This document shows, one piece after another, positions 41,740-56,700 of a DNA stretch of 64,000 nt. Source of the stretch: Eledone cirrhosa. Its lineage: Eukaryota. A model generated the notes under the pieces. It made no database searches. It was not told the origin of the DNA and worked only from the letters and a program-made list of their open reading frames with translations. The stretch lies in assembly GCA_964016885.1 (NCBI GenBank), contig OZ024740.1, positions 28,458,001 to 28,522,000 on the forward strand. The letters are read 5' to 3'. The position numbers and the translations under genes were made by a program. How positions within the stretch are numbered: position 1 is the first letter of the stretch; each line of letters opens with the position of its first letter.

Positions 41740-44700
41740 TTTTCCTGAGTATATGTGATTTCCCTGAGTATATGTGATTTTCCTGAGTATATATTATTAT
41801 CCTGAGTATTTGATTTTCCTGACTATTTGTGATTTTCCTGACTATGTGTGATTTTCCTGAGTATATGTGATCTTCCTGAGTATATGTGATTTTCCTGAGT
41901 ATATGCGATTTTCCTGAGTATATGTGATTTTCCTGACTATATGTGATTTTCCTGAGTATATGTGATTTTCCTGAGTATATGTGATTTTGCTGACTATATG
42001 TGATTTTTCTGAGTATATGTGATTTCCCTGAGTATATGTGATTTTCCTGAGTATATGTGATTTTCCTGACTATATGTGATTTTCCTGAGTATATGTGATT
42101 GTCCTGACTATATGTGATTTTCCTGAGTATATGTGATTTTCCTGACTATATGTGATTTTCCTGACAATATGTGATTTTCCTGAGTATGTGTGATTTCCCT
42201 GAGTATATGTGATTTTCATGAGTATATGTGATATTCCTGAGTATATGTGATTTTCCTGACTATATGTGATTTTCCTGAGTATATGTGATCTTCCTGAGTA
42301 TATGTGATTTTCCTGAGTATATGCGATTTTCCTGAGTATATGTGATTATCCTGAGTATATGTGATTTATTTGAGTATATGTGATTTCCCTGACTATATGT
42401 GATTTTCCTGAGTATATGTGATTTCCCTGAGTATATGTGATTTTCCTGAGTATATGTTATTTTCCTGAGTATTTGATTTTCCTAACTATTTGTGATTTTC
42501 CTAACTATTTGTGATTTTCCTAACTATATGTGATCTTCCTGAGTATATGTGATTTTCCTGAGTATATGCGATTTTCCTGAGTATATGTGATTTTCCTGAC
42601 TATATGTGATCTTTCTGAGTATATGTGATTTCCCTGAGTATATGTGATTTTGCTGACTATTTGTGATTTTCCTGAGTATATGTGATTTTCCTGACTATAT
42701 GTGATTTTCCTGTGTATATGTGATCTTCCTGAGTATAAGTGATTTTCCTGAGTATAGGCGATTTTCCTGAGTATATGTGATTTTTCTGACTATATGTGAT
42801 CTTCCTCAGTATATGTGATTTCCCGCAATATATGTGATTTTCCTGAGTATATGTGATTTCCTTGAGTATATGTGATTTTCCTGAGTATATGTGATTTTCC
42901 TGAGTATATGTGATTTCCATGACTATATGTGATTTCCCTGACGATATGTGATTTTCCTAACTATATGTGATTTTCCTGACTATATGAGATTTTCCTGAGT
43001 ATATGTGATTTTCCTGACTATATGTAATTTTCCTGAGTATATGTGATTTACCTGACTAGAAGTGATTTTTCTGAGTATATGTGATTTCCCTGACTATATG
43101 TGATTTTCCTGAATATATGTGATTTTCTTGACAATATGTGATTTTCCTGAGTATATGTGATTTCCCTGAGTATATGTGATTTTCCTAGCGATATGTGATT
43201 TTCCTGAGTATATGTGATTTCCCTGAGTATATATGATTTAACTGAGTATATGTGATTTTCCTGAGTATATGTGATTTTTTTGAGTATATGTGATTTCCCT
43301 GACTATATGTGATGTTCCTGAGTATATGTGATCTTCCTGAGTATATGTGATTTTCCTGAGTATAGGCGATTTTCCTGAGTATATGTGATTTTTCTGACTA
43401 TATGTGATCTTCCTGAGTTTATGTGATTTCCCTGAGTATATGTGATTTTCCTGAGTATATATGATTTTCCTGAGTATATGTGATTTTCCTGAGTATATGT
43501 GATTTCCCTGAATATATGTGATTTTCCAGAGTATATGTGATATTTCTGTGTATATATGATTTTCCTGAGTATATGTGATTTTCCTGAGTATATGTGATTT
43601 CCCTGAGTATATGTGATTTTCCTCAGTATATGTGATTTTCCTGACAATATGTGATTTTCCTGAGTATATGTGATTTTCCTGAGTATAGGTGATTTTCCTG
43701 AGTATATGTGATTTTCTTGAGTATATGTGATTTTCCTGAGTATATGTGATTTTACCTGAGTATATGTGATTTACCTGACTATTTGTGATTTTCCTGACTA
43801 TGTGATTTTCTTGACTATATGTGATTTTCCTGAGTATATGTGATTTTCCTGACTATATGTGATTTTCCTGAGTATATAAAATTTCCCTGAGTATATGTGA
43901 TTTTCCTGAGTATATGTGATCTCCTGACTATATGTGATTTTCCTGAGTATATGTGATTTCCCTGACTATATGTGATTTCCCTGAGTATATGTGATTTTCC
44001 TGAGTATATGTGATTTTCCTGTGTATATGTGATTTCCCTGACTATATGTGATTTTCATGTTATATGTGATCTTCCTGAGTATATGTGATTTTCCTGAGTA
44101 TATGTGATTTCCCTGAGTATATGTGATTTTCCTGAGTATATGTGATTTTCATGACTATATGTGATTTCCCGGAGTATATGTGATTTTCATGAGTATATGT
44201 GATTTCCCTGAGTATATGTGATTTTCCTGAGTATATGTGATTTTCCTGACTATATGTGATTTTCCTGAGTATATGTGATTTTCCTGACTATATGTGATTT
44301 TCCTGAGTATATGTGATTTTCCTGACTATATGTGATTTTCCTGACAATATGTGATTTTCCTGAGTATGTGTGATTTCCTGAGTATATGTGATTTTCATGA
44401 GTATATGTGATATTCCTGAGTATATGTGATTTTCCTGACTATATGTGATTTTTCTGAGTATATGTAATCTTCCTCAGTATATAATTTTCCTGAGTATATG
44501 CGATTTTCCTGAGTATATGTGATTTTCCTGAGTATATGTGATTTATTTAAGTATATGTGATTTCCCTGACTATATGTGATTTTCCTGAGTATATGTGATT
44601 TCCCTGAGTATATGTGATTTTCCTGAGTATATGTTATTATCCTGAGTATTTGATTTTCCTGACTATTTGTGATTTTCCTGACTATGTGTGATTTTCCTGA

Positions 44701-47700
44701 GTATATGTGATCTTCCTGAGTATATGTGATTTTCCTGAGTATATGCGATTTTCCTGAGTATATGTGATTTTCCTGACTATATGTGATTTTCCTGAGTATA
44801 TGTGATTTTCCTGAGTATATGTGATTTTGCTGACTATATGTGATTTTCCTGAGTATATGTGATTTCCCTGAGTATATGTGATTTTCCTGAGTATATGTGA
44901 TTTTCCTGACTATATGTGATTTTCCTGAGTATATGTGATTGTCCTGACTATATGTGATTTTCTTGAGTATATGTGATTTTCCTGACTATATGTGATTTTC
45001 CTGACAATATGTGATTTTCCTGAATATGTGTGATTTCCCTGAGTATATGTGATTTTCATGAATATATGTGATATTCCTGAGTATACGTGATTTTTCTGAC
45101 TATATGTGATTTTCCTGAGTATATGTGATCTTCCTGAGTATATGTGATTTTCCTGAGTATATGCGATTTTCCTGAGTATTTGATTTTCCTGACTATATGT
45201 GATTTTCCTGAGTATACGTGATTTTCCTGACTATATGTGATTTTCCTGACAATATGTGATTTTAGTGAGTATGTGTGATTTCCCTGAGTATATGTGATTT
45301 TGCTGACTATTTGTGATTTTCCTGAGTATATGTGATTTTCCTAACTATATGTGATTTTCCTGAGTATATGTGATCTTCCTCAGTATATGTGATTTCCCGC
45401 AATATATGTGATTTTCCTGAGTATATGTGATTTCCCTGAGTATATGTGATTTTCCTGAGTATATGTGATTTTCCTGAGTATATGTGATTTCCCTGACTAT
45501 ATGTGATTTCCCTGACGATATGTGATTTTCCTAACTATATGTGATTCTCCTGACTATATGAGATTTTCCTGAGTATATGTGATTTTCCTGACTATATGTA
45601 ATTTTCCTGAGTATATGTGATTTACCTGACTAGAAGTGATTTTTCTGAGTATATGTGATTTCCCTGACTATATGTGATTTTCCTGAATATATGTGATTTT
45701 CTTGACAATATGTGATTTTCCTGAGTATATGTGATTTCCCTGAGTATATGTGATTTTCCTGGCTATATGTGATTTTCCTGAGTATATGTGATTTCCCTGA
45801 GTATATATGATTTAACTGAGTATATGTGATTTTCCTGAGTATATGTGATTTCTTTGCGTATATGTGATTTCCCTGACTATATGTGATGTTCCTGAGTATA
45901 TGTGATCTTCCTGAGTATATGTGATTTTCCTGAGTATAGGCGATTTTCCTGAGTATATGTGATTTTTCTGATTATATGTGATCTTCCTGAGTATATGTGA
46001 TTTCCCTGAGTATATGTGATTTTCCTGAGTATATATGATTTTCCTGAGTATATGTGATTTTCCTGAGTATATGTGATTTCCCTGAATATATGTGATTTTC
46101 CAGAGTATATGTGATTTTCCTGAGTATATGTGATTTCCCTGAGTATATGTGATTTTCCTGAGTATATGTGATTTTCCTGAGTATATGTGATTTCCCTGAC
46201 TATATGTAATTTCCCTGACGATATGTGATTTTCCTAACTATATGTGATTTTCCAGACTATATGAGATTTTTTGAGTATATGTGATTTTCCTGACTATATG
46301 TAATTTTCCTGAGTATATGTGATTAACCTGACTAGAAGTGATTTTTCTGAGTATATGTGATTTCCCTGACTATATGTGATTTTCCTGAATATATGTGATT
46401 TTCTTGACAATATGTGATTTTCCTGAGTATATGTGATTTTCCTGCATATATGTGATTTTCCTGAGTATATGTGATTTCCCTGAGTATATATGATTTAACT
46501 GAGTATATGTGATTTTCCTGAGTATATGTGATTTCTTTGAGTATATGTGATTTCCCTGACTATATGTGATTTTCCTGAGTATAGGCGATTTTCCTGAGTA
46601 TATGTGATTTTTCTGACTATATGTGATCTTCCTGAGTATATGTGATTTCCCTGAGTATATGTGATTTTCCTGAGTATATATGATTTTCCTGAGTATATGT
46701 GATTTTCCTGAGTATATGTGATTTCTCTGAATATATGTGATTTTCCAGAGTATATGTGATTTTTCTGTGTATATATGATTTTCCTGAGTATATGTGATTT
46801 TCCTGAGTATATGTGATTTCCCTGAGTATATGTGATTTTCCTCGGTATATGTGATTTTCCTGACAATATGTGATTTTCCTGAGTATATGTGATTTTCCTG
46901 AGTATATGTGATTTTCCTGAGTATATGTGATTTTCTTGAGTATATGTGATTTTCCTGAGTATATGTGATTTCCCTGAGTATATGTGAATTTCCTGACTAT
47001 TTGTGATTTTCCTGACTATATGTAATTTTCCTGAGTATATGTGATTTACCTGACTATATGTGATTTTCCTGAGTATATAAAATTTCCCTGAGTATATGTG
47101 ATTTTCCTGAGTATATGTGATTTTCCTGACTATATGTGATTTTCCTGAGTATATGTGATTTCCCTGACTATATGTGATTTCCCGGAGTATATGTGATTTT
47201 CATGAGTATATGTGATTTTCCTGCGTATATGTGATCTTCCTGAGTATATGTGATTTTCCTGAGTATATGTGATTTTCCTGAATATATGTGATCTTTCTGA
47301 GTATATGTGATTTCCCTGAGTATATGTGATTTTACTGACTATTTGTGATTTTCCTCAGTATATGTGATTTTCCTGACTATATGTGATTTTCCTGAGTATA
47401 TGTGATCTTCCTGAGTATATGTGATTTTCCTGAGTATAGGCGATTTTCCTGACTATATGTGATTTTGCTGACTATATGTGATCTTCCTCAGTACATGTGA
47501 TTTCCCGCAAAATATGTGATTTTCCTGAGTGTATGTGATTTTCCTGAGTATATGTGATCTCCCTGAATATATGTGATTTTCCTGAGTATATGTGATTTTC
47601 CTGTGTATATATGATTTTCCTAAGTATATGTGATTTTCCTGAGTATATGTGATTTCCCTGAGTATATGTGATTTTCCTGAGTATATGTGATTTTCCTGAC

Positions 47701-50700
47701 TATATGAGATTTTCCTGAGTATATGTGATTTTCCTGAGTATATGTGATTTCCCTGACTATATGTGATTTCCCTGACGATATGTGATTTTCCTAACTATAT
47801 GTGATTTTCCTGAATATATGAGATTTTCCTGAGTATATGTGATTTTCCTGACTATATGTAATTTTCCTGAGTATATGTGATTTACCTGACTAAAAGTGAT
47901 TTTTCTGAGTATATGTGATTTCCCTGACTATATGTGATTTTCCTGAATATATGTGATTTTCTTGACAATATGTGATTTTCCTGAGTATATGTGATTTCCC
48001 TGAGTATATGTGATTTTCCTGGCTATATGTGATTTTCCTGAGTATATGTGATTTCCCTGAGTATATATGATTTAATTGAGTATATGTGATTTTCCTGAGT
48101 ATATGTGATTTCTTTGAGTATATGTGATTTCCCTGACTATATGTGATGTTCCTGAGTATATGTGACATTCCTGAGTATATGTGATTTTCCTGAGTATAGG
48201 CGATTTTCCTGAGTATATGTGATTTTTCTGACTATATGTGATCTTCCTGAGTATATGTGATTTCCCTGAGTATATGTGATTTTCCTGAGTATATATGATT
48301 TTCCTGAGTATATGTGATTTTCTTGAGTATATGTGATTTCCCTGAATATATGTGATTTTCCAGAATATATGTGATTTTCCTGAGTATATTTGATTTCCCT
48401 GAGTATATGTGATTTTCCTGAGTATATGTGATTTTCCTGAGTATATGTGATTTCCCTGAATATATGTGATTTCCCTGACGATATGTGATTTTCCTAACTA
48501 TATGTGATTTTCCTGACTATATGAGATTTTCCTGAGTATATGTGATTTTCCTGACTATATGTAATTTTCCTGAGTATATGGGATTTACCTGACTAGAAGT
48601 GATTTTTCTGAGTATATGTGATTTCCCTGACTATATGTGATTTTCCTGAATATATGTGATTTTCTTGACAATATGTGATTTTCCTGAGTATATGTGATTT
48701 TCCTGAGTATATGTGATTTCCCTGAGTATATGTGATTTTCCTGGCTATATGTGATTTTCCTGAGTATATGTGATTTTCCTGCGTATATGTGATTTTCCTG
48801 AGTATATGTGATTTTCCTGAGTATATGTGATTTTCTTGAGTATATGTGATTTTCCTGAGTATATGTGATTTCCCTGAGTATATGTGATTTTCCTGAGTAT
48901 ATATGATTTTCCTGAGTATATGTGATTTTCCTGAGTATATGTGATTTCCCTGAATATATGTGATTTTCCAGAGTATATGTGATTTTTCTGTGTATATATG
49001 ATTTTCTTGAGTATATGTGATTTTCCTGAGTATATGTGATTTCCCTGAGTATATGTGATTTTCCTCAGTATATGTGATTTTCCTGACAATATGTGATTTT
49101 CCTGAGTATATGTGATTTTCCTGAGTATATGTGATTTTCTTGAGTATATGTGATTTTCCTGAGTATATGTGATTTCCCTGAGTATATGTGATTTTCCTGA
49201 CTATTTGTGATTTTCCTGACTATGTGATTTTCTTGACTATATGTGATTTTCCTGAGTATATGTGATTTTCCTGACTATATGTGATTTTCCTGAGTATATA
49301 AAATTTCCCTGAGTATATGTGATTTTCCTGAGTATATGTGATTTTCCTGACTATTTGTGATTTTCCTGAGTATATGTGATTTCCCTGACTATATGTGATT
49401 TCCCGGAGTATATGTGATTTTCATGAGTATATGTGATTTTCCTGAGTATATGTGATCTTCCTGAGTATATGTGATTTTCCTGAGTATATGTGATTTTCCT
49501 GAGTATATGTGATCTTCCTGAGTATATGTGATTTTCCTGAGTATATGTGATTTCCCTGAGTATATGTGATATTCCTGAGTATATGTGATTTTCCTGACTA
49601 TATGTGATTTTCCTGAGTATATGTGATTTTCCTGACTATATGTGATTTTCCTGAGTATATGTGATTTTCCTGACTATATGTGATTTTCCTGACAATATGT
49701 GATTTTCCTGAGTATGTGTGATTTCCCTGAGTATATGTGATTTTCATGAGTATATGTGATATTCCTGAGTATATGTGATTTTCCTGACTATATGTGATTT
49801 TCCTGAGTATATGTGATCTTCCTGAGTATATGTGATTTTCCTGAGTATATGCGATTTTCCTGAGTATATGTGATTTTCATGAGTATATGTGATTTATTTG
49901 AGTATATGTGATTTCCCTGACTATATGTGATTTTCCTGAGTATATGTGATTTCCCTGAGTATATGTGATTTCCCTGAGTATATGTTATTTTCCTGAGTAT
50001 TTGATTTTCCTGACTATTTGTGATTTTCCTGACTATATGTGATTTTCCTGAGTATATGTGATCTTCCTGAGTATATGTGATTTTCCTGAGTATATGCGAT
50101 ATTCCTGAGTATATGTGATTTTCCAGACTATATGTGATCTTTCTGAGTATATGTGATTTCCCTGAGTATATGTGATTTTGCTGACTATTTGTGATTTTCC
50201 TGAGTATATGTGATTTTCCTGACTATATGTGATTTTCCTGAGTATATGTGATCTTCCTGAGTATATATGATTTTCCTGAGTATAGGCGATTTTCCTGAGT
50301 ATATGTGATTTTGCTGACTATATGTGATCTTCCTCAGTACATGTGATTTCCCGCAATATATGTGATTTTCCTGTGTGTATGTGATTTTCCTGAGTATATG
50401 TGATCTCCCTGAATATATGTGATTTTCCTGAGTATATGTGATTTTCCTGTGTATATATGATTTTCCTAAGTATATGTGATTTTCCTGAGTATTTGTGATT
50501 TCCCTGAGTATATGTGATTTTCCTGAGTATATGTGATTTTCCTGAGTATATGTGATTTCCATGACTATATGTGATTTCCCTGACGATATGTGATTTTCCT
50601 GAGTATATGTGATTTTCCTGACTATATGTGATTGTCCTGAGTATATGTGATCTTCCTGAGTATATATGATTTTCCTGAGTATAGCCGATTTTCCTGAGTA

Positions 50701-53700
50701 TATGTGATTTTGCTGACTATATGTGATCTTCCTCAGTACATGTGATTTCCCGCAATATATGTGATTTTCCTGAGTGTATGTGATTTTCCTGAGTATATGT
50801 GATCTCCCTGAATATATGTGATTTTCCTGAGTATATGTGATTTTCCTGTGTATATATGATTTTCCTAAGTATATGTGATTTTCCTGAGTATAGGCGATTT
50901 TCCTGAGTATATGTGATTTTTCTGACTATATGTGATCTTCCTGAGTATATGTGATTTCCCTGAGTATATGTGATTTTCCTGGGTATATATGATTTTCCTG
51001 AGTATATGTGATTTTCCTGAGTATATGTGATTTCCCTGAATATATGTGATTTTCCAGAGTATATGTGATTTCCCTGAGTATATGTGATTTTCCTGAGTAT
51101 ATGTGATTTTCCTGAGTATATGTGATTTCCCTGACGATATGTGATTTTCATAACTATATGAGATTTTCCTGACTATATGAGATTTTCCTGAGTATATGTG
51201 ATTTTCCTGACTATATGTAATTTTCCTGAGTATATGTGATTTACCTGACTAGAAGTGATTTTTCTGAGTATATGTGATTTCCCTGACTATATGTGATTTT
51301 CCTGAATATATGTGATTTTCTTGACAATATGTGATTTTCCTGAGTATATGTGATTTTCCTGAGTATATGTGATTTCCCTGAGTATATGTGATTTTCCTGG
51401 CTATATGTGATTTTCCTGAGTATATGTGATTTTCCTGCGTATATGTGATTTTCCTGAGTATATGTGATTTTCCTGAGTATATGTGATTTCCCTGAGTATA
51501 TATGATTTAACTGAGTATATGTGATTTTCCTGAGTATATGTGATTTCTTTGAGTATATGTGATTTCCCTGACTATATGTGATGTTCCTGAGTATATGTGA
51601 CCTTCCTGAGTATATGTGATTTTCCTGAGTATAGGCGATTTTCCTGAGTATATGTGATTTTTCTGACTATATGTGATCTTCCTGAGTATATGTGATTTCC
51701 CTGAGTATATGTGATTTTCCTGAGTATATATGATTTTCCTGAGTATATGTCATTTTCCTGAGTATATGTGATTTCCCTGAATATATGTGATTTTCCAGAG
51801 TATATGTGATTTTTCTGTGTATATATGATTTTCCTGAGTATATGTGATTTTCCTGAGTATATGTGATTTCCCTGAGTATATGTGATTTTCCTCAGTATAT
51901 GTGATTTTCCTGACAATATGTGATTTTCCTGAGTATATGTGATTTTCTTGAGTATATGTGATTTTCCTGAGTATATGTGATTTCCCTGAGTATATGAGAA
52001 TTTCCTGACTATTTGTGATTTTCCTGACTATGTGATTTTCTTGACTATATGTGATTTTCCTGAGTATATGTGATTTTCCTGACTATATGTGATTTTCCTG
52101 AGTATATGTGATTTCCCTGAGTATATGTGATTTTCCTGAGTATATGTGATTTTCCTGACTATATGTGATTTTCCTGAGTATATGTGATTTCCCTGACTAT
52201 ATGTGATTTCCCGGAGTATATGTGATTTTCATGAGTATATGTGATTTTCCTGAGTATATGTGATCTTCCTGAGTATATGTGATTTTCCTGAGTATATGTG
52301 ATTTCCCTGAATATATGTGATTTTCCAGAGTATATGTGATTTTTCTGTGTATATATGATTTTCCTGAGTATATGTGATTTTCCTGAGTATATGTGATTTC
52401 CCTGAGTATATGTGATTTTCCTCAGTATATGTGATTTTCCTGACAATATGTGATTTTCCTGAGTATATGTGATTTTCCTGACTATATGTGATTTTCCTGA
52501 CAATATGTGATTTTCCTGAGTATATGTGATTTCCCTGAGTATATGTGATTTTCCTGAGTATATATTATTATCCTGAGTATTTGATTTTCCTGACTATTTG
52601 TGATTTTCCTGACTATGTGTGATTTTCCTGAGTATATGTGATCTTCCTGAGTATATGTGATTTTCCTGAGTATATGCGATTTTCCTGAGTATATGTGATT
52701 TTCCTGACTATATGTGATTTTCCTGAGTATATGTGATTTTCCTGAGTATATGTGATTTTGCTGACTATATGTGATTTTTCTGAGTATATGTGATTTCCCT
52801 GAGTATATGTGATTTTCCTGAGTATATGTGATTTTCCTGACTATATGTGATTTTCCTGAGTATATGTGATTGTCCTGACTATATGTGATTTTCCTGAGTA
52901 TATGTGATTTTCCTGACTATATGTGATTTTCCTGACAATATGTGATTTTCCTGAGTATGTGTGATTTCCCTGAGTATATGTGATTTTCATGAGTATATGT
53001 GATATTCCTGAGTATATGTGATTTTCCTGACTATATGTGATTTTCCTGAGTATATGTGATCTTCCTGAGTATATGTGATTTTCCTGAGTATATGCGATTT
53101 TCCTGAGTATATGTGATTATCCTGAGTATATGTGATTTATTTGAGTATATGTGATTTCCCTGACTATATGTGATTTTCCTGAGTATATGTGATTTCCCTG
53201 AGTATATGTGATTTTCCTGAGTATATGTTATTTTCCTGAGTATTTGATTTTCCTAACTATTTGTGATTTTCCTAACTATATGTGATTTTCCTGAGTATAT
53301 GTGATCTTCCTGAGTATATGTGATTTTCCTGAGTATATGCGATTTTCCTGAGTATATGTGATTTTCCTGACTATATGTGATCTTTCTGAGTATATGTGAT
53401 TTCCCTGAGTATATGTGATTTTGCTGACTATTTGTGATTTTCCTGAGTATATGTGATTTTCCTGACTATATGTGATTTTCCTGTGTATATGTGATCTTCC
53501 TGAGTATAAGTGATTTTCCTGAGTATAGGCGAGTTTCCTGAGTATATGTGATTTTTCTGACTATATGTGATCTTCCTCAGTATATGTGATTTCCCGCAAT
53601 ATATGTGATTTTCCTGAGTATATGTGATTTCCTTGAGTATATGTGATTTTCCTGAGTATATGTGATTTTCCTGAGTATATGTGATTTCCATGACTATATG

Positions 53701-56700
53701 TGATTTCCCTGACGATATGTGATTTTCCTAACTATATGTGATTTTCCTGACTATATGAGATTTTCCTGAGTATATGTGATTTTCCTGACTATATGTAATT
53801 TTCCTGAGTATATGTGATTTACCTGACTAGAAGTGATTTTTCTGAGTATATGTGATTTCCCTGACTATATGTGATTTTCCTGAATATATGTGATTTTCTT
53901 GACAATATGTGATTTTCCTGAGTATATGTGATTTCCCTGAGTATATGTGATTTTCCTAGCGATATGTGATTTTCCTGAGTATATGTGATTTCCCTGAGTA
54001 TATATGATTTAACTGAGTATATGTGATTTTCCTGAGTATATGTGATTTTTTTGAGTATATGTGATTTCCCTGACTATATGTGATGTTCCTGAGTATATGT
54101 GATCTTCCTGAGTATATGTGATTTTCCTGAGTATAGGCGATTTTCCTGAGTATATGTGATTTTTCTGACTATATGTGATCTTCCTGAGTTTATGTGATTT
54201 CCCTGAGTATATGTGATTTTCCTGAGTATATATGATTTTCCTGAGTATATGTGATTTTCCTGAGTATATGTGATTTCCCTGAATATATGTGATTTTCCAG
54301 AGTATATGTGATATTTCTGTGTATATATGATTTTCCTGAGTATATGTGATTTTCCTGAGTATATGTGATTTCCCTGAGTATATGTGATTTTCCTCAGTAT
54401 ATGTGATTTTCCTGACAATATGTGATTTTCCTGAGTATATGTGATTTTCCTGAGTATAGGTGATTTTCCTGAGTATATGTGATTTTCTTGAGTATATGTG
54501 ATTTTCCTGAGTATATGTGATTTTACCTGAGTATATGTGATTTACCTGACTATTTGTGATTTTCCTGACTATGTGATTTTCTTGACTATATGTGATTTTC
54601 CTGAGTATATGTGATTTTCCTGACTATATGTGATTTTCCTGAGTATATAAAATTTCCCTGAGTATATGTGATTTTCCTGAGTATATGTGATCTCCTGACT
54701 ATATGTGATTTTCCTGAGTATATGTGATTTCCCTGACTATATGTGATTTCCCTGAGTATATGTGATTTTCCTGAGTATATGTGATTTTCCTGTGTATATG
54801 TGATTTCCCTGACTATATGTGATTTTCATGTTATATGTGATCTTCCTGAGTATATGTGATTTTCCTGAGTATATGTGATTTCCCTGAGTATATGTGATTT
54901 TCCTGAGTATATGTGATTTTCATGACTATATGTGATTTCCCGGAGTATATGTGATTTTCATGAGTATATGTGATTTCCCTGAGTATATGTGATTTTCCTG
55001 AGTATATGTGATTTTCCTGACTATATGTGATTTTCCTGAGTATATGTGATTTTCCTGACTATATGTGATTTTCCTGAGTATATGTGATTTTCCTGACTAT
55101 ATGTGATTTTCCTGACAATATGTGATTTTCCTGAGTATGTGTGATTTCCTGAGTATATGTGATTTTCATGAGTATATGTGATATTCCTGAGTATATGTGA
55201 TTTTCCTGACTATATGTGATTTTTCTGAGTATATGTAATCTTCCTCAGTATATTATTTTCCTGAGTATATGCGATTTTCCTGAGTATATGTGATTTTCCA
55301 GAGTATATGTGATTTATTTAAGTATATGTGATTTCCCTGACTATATGTGATTTTCCTGAGTATATGTGATTTCCCTGAGTATATGTGATTTTCCTGAGTA
55401 TATGTTATTATCCTGAGTATTTGATTTTCCTGACTATTTGTGATTTTCCTGACTATGTGTGATTTTCCTGAGTATTTGTGATCTTCCTGAGTATATGTGA
55501 TTTTCCTGAGTATATGCGATTTTCCTGAGTATATGTGATTTTCCTGACTATATGTGATTTTCCTGAGTATATGTGATTTTCCTGAGTATATGTGATTTTG
55601 CTGACTATATGTGATTTTCCTGAGTATATGTGATTTCCCTGAGTATATGTGATTTTCCTGAGTATATGTGATTTTCCTGACTATATGTGATTTTCCTGAG
55701 TATATGTGATTGTCCTGACTATATGTGATTTTCTTGAGTATATGTGATTTTCCTGACTATATGTGATTTTCCTGACAATATGTGATTTTCCTGAATATGT
55801 GTGATTTCCCTGAGTATATGTGATTTTCATGAATATATGTGATATTCCTGAGTATACGTGATTTTTCTGACTATATGTGATTTTCCTGAGTATATGTGAT
55901 CTTCCTGAGTATATGTGATTTTCCTGAGTATATGCGATTTTCCTGAGTATATGTGATTATCCTGAGTATATGTGATTTATTTGAGTATATGTGATTTCCC
56001 TGACTATATGTGATTTTCCTGAGTATATGTGATTTCCCTGAGTATATGTGATTTTCCTGAGTATATGTTATTTTCCTGAGTATTTGATTTTCCTGACTAT
56101 TTGTGATTTTCCTGACTATATGTGATTTTCCTGAGTATATGTGATCTTCCTGAGTATATGTGATTTTCCTGAGTATATGCGATTTTCCTGAGTATATGTG
56201 ATTTTCCTGACTATATGTGATCTTTCTGAGTATATGTGATTTCCCTGAGTATATGTGATTTTGCTGACTATTTGTGATTTTCCTGAGTATATGTGATTTT
56301 CCTGACTATATGTGATTTTCCTGTGTATATGTGATCTTCCTGAGTATAAGTGATTTTCCTGAGTATAGGCGATTTTCCTGAGTATATGTGATTTTGCTGA
56401 CTATATGTGATCTTCCTCAGTATATGTGATTTCCCGCAATATATGTGATTTTCCTGAGTATATGTGATTTCCCTGAGTATATGTGATTTTCCTGAGTATA
56501 TGTGATTTTCCTGAGTATATGTGATTTCCCTGACTATATGTGATTTCCCTGACGATATGTGATTTTCCTAACTATATGTGAATTTCCTGACTATATGAGA
56601 TTTTCCTGAGTATATGTGATTTTCCTGACTATATGTAATTTTCCTGAGTATATGTGATTTACCTGACTAGAAGTGATTTTTCTGAGTATATGTGATTTCC

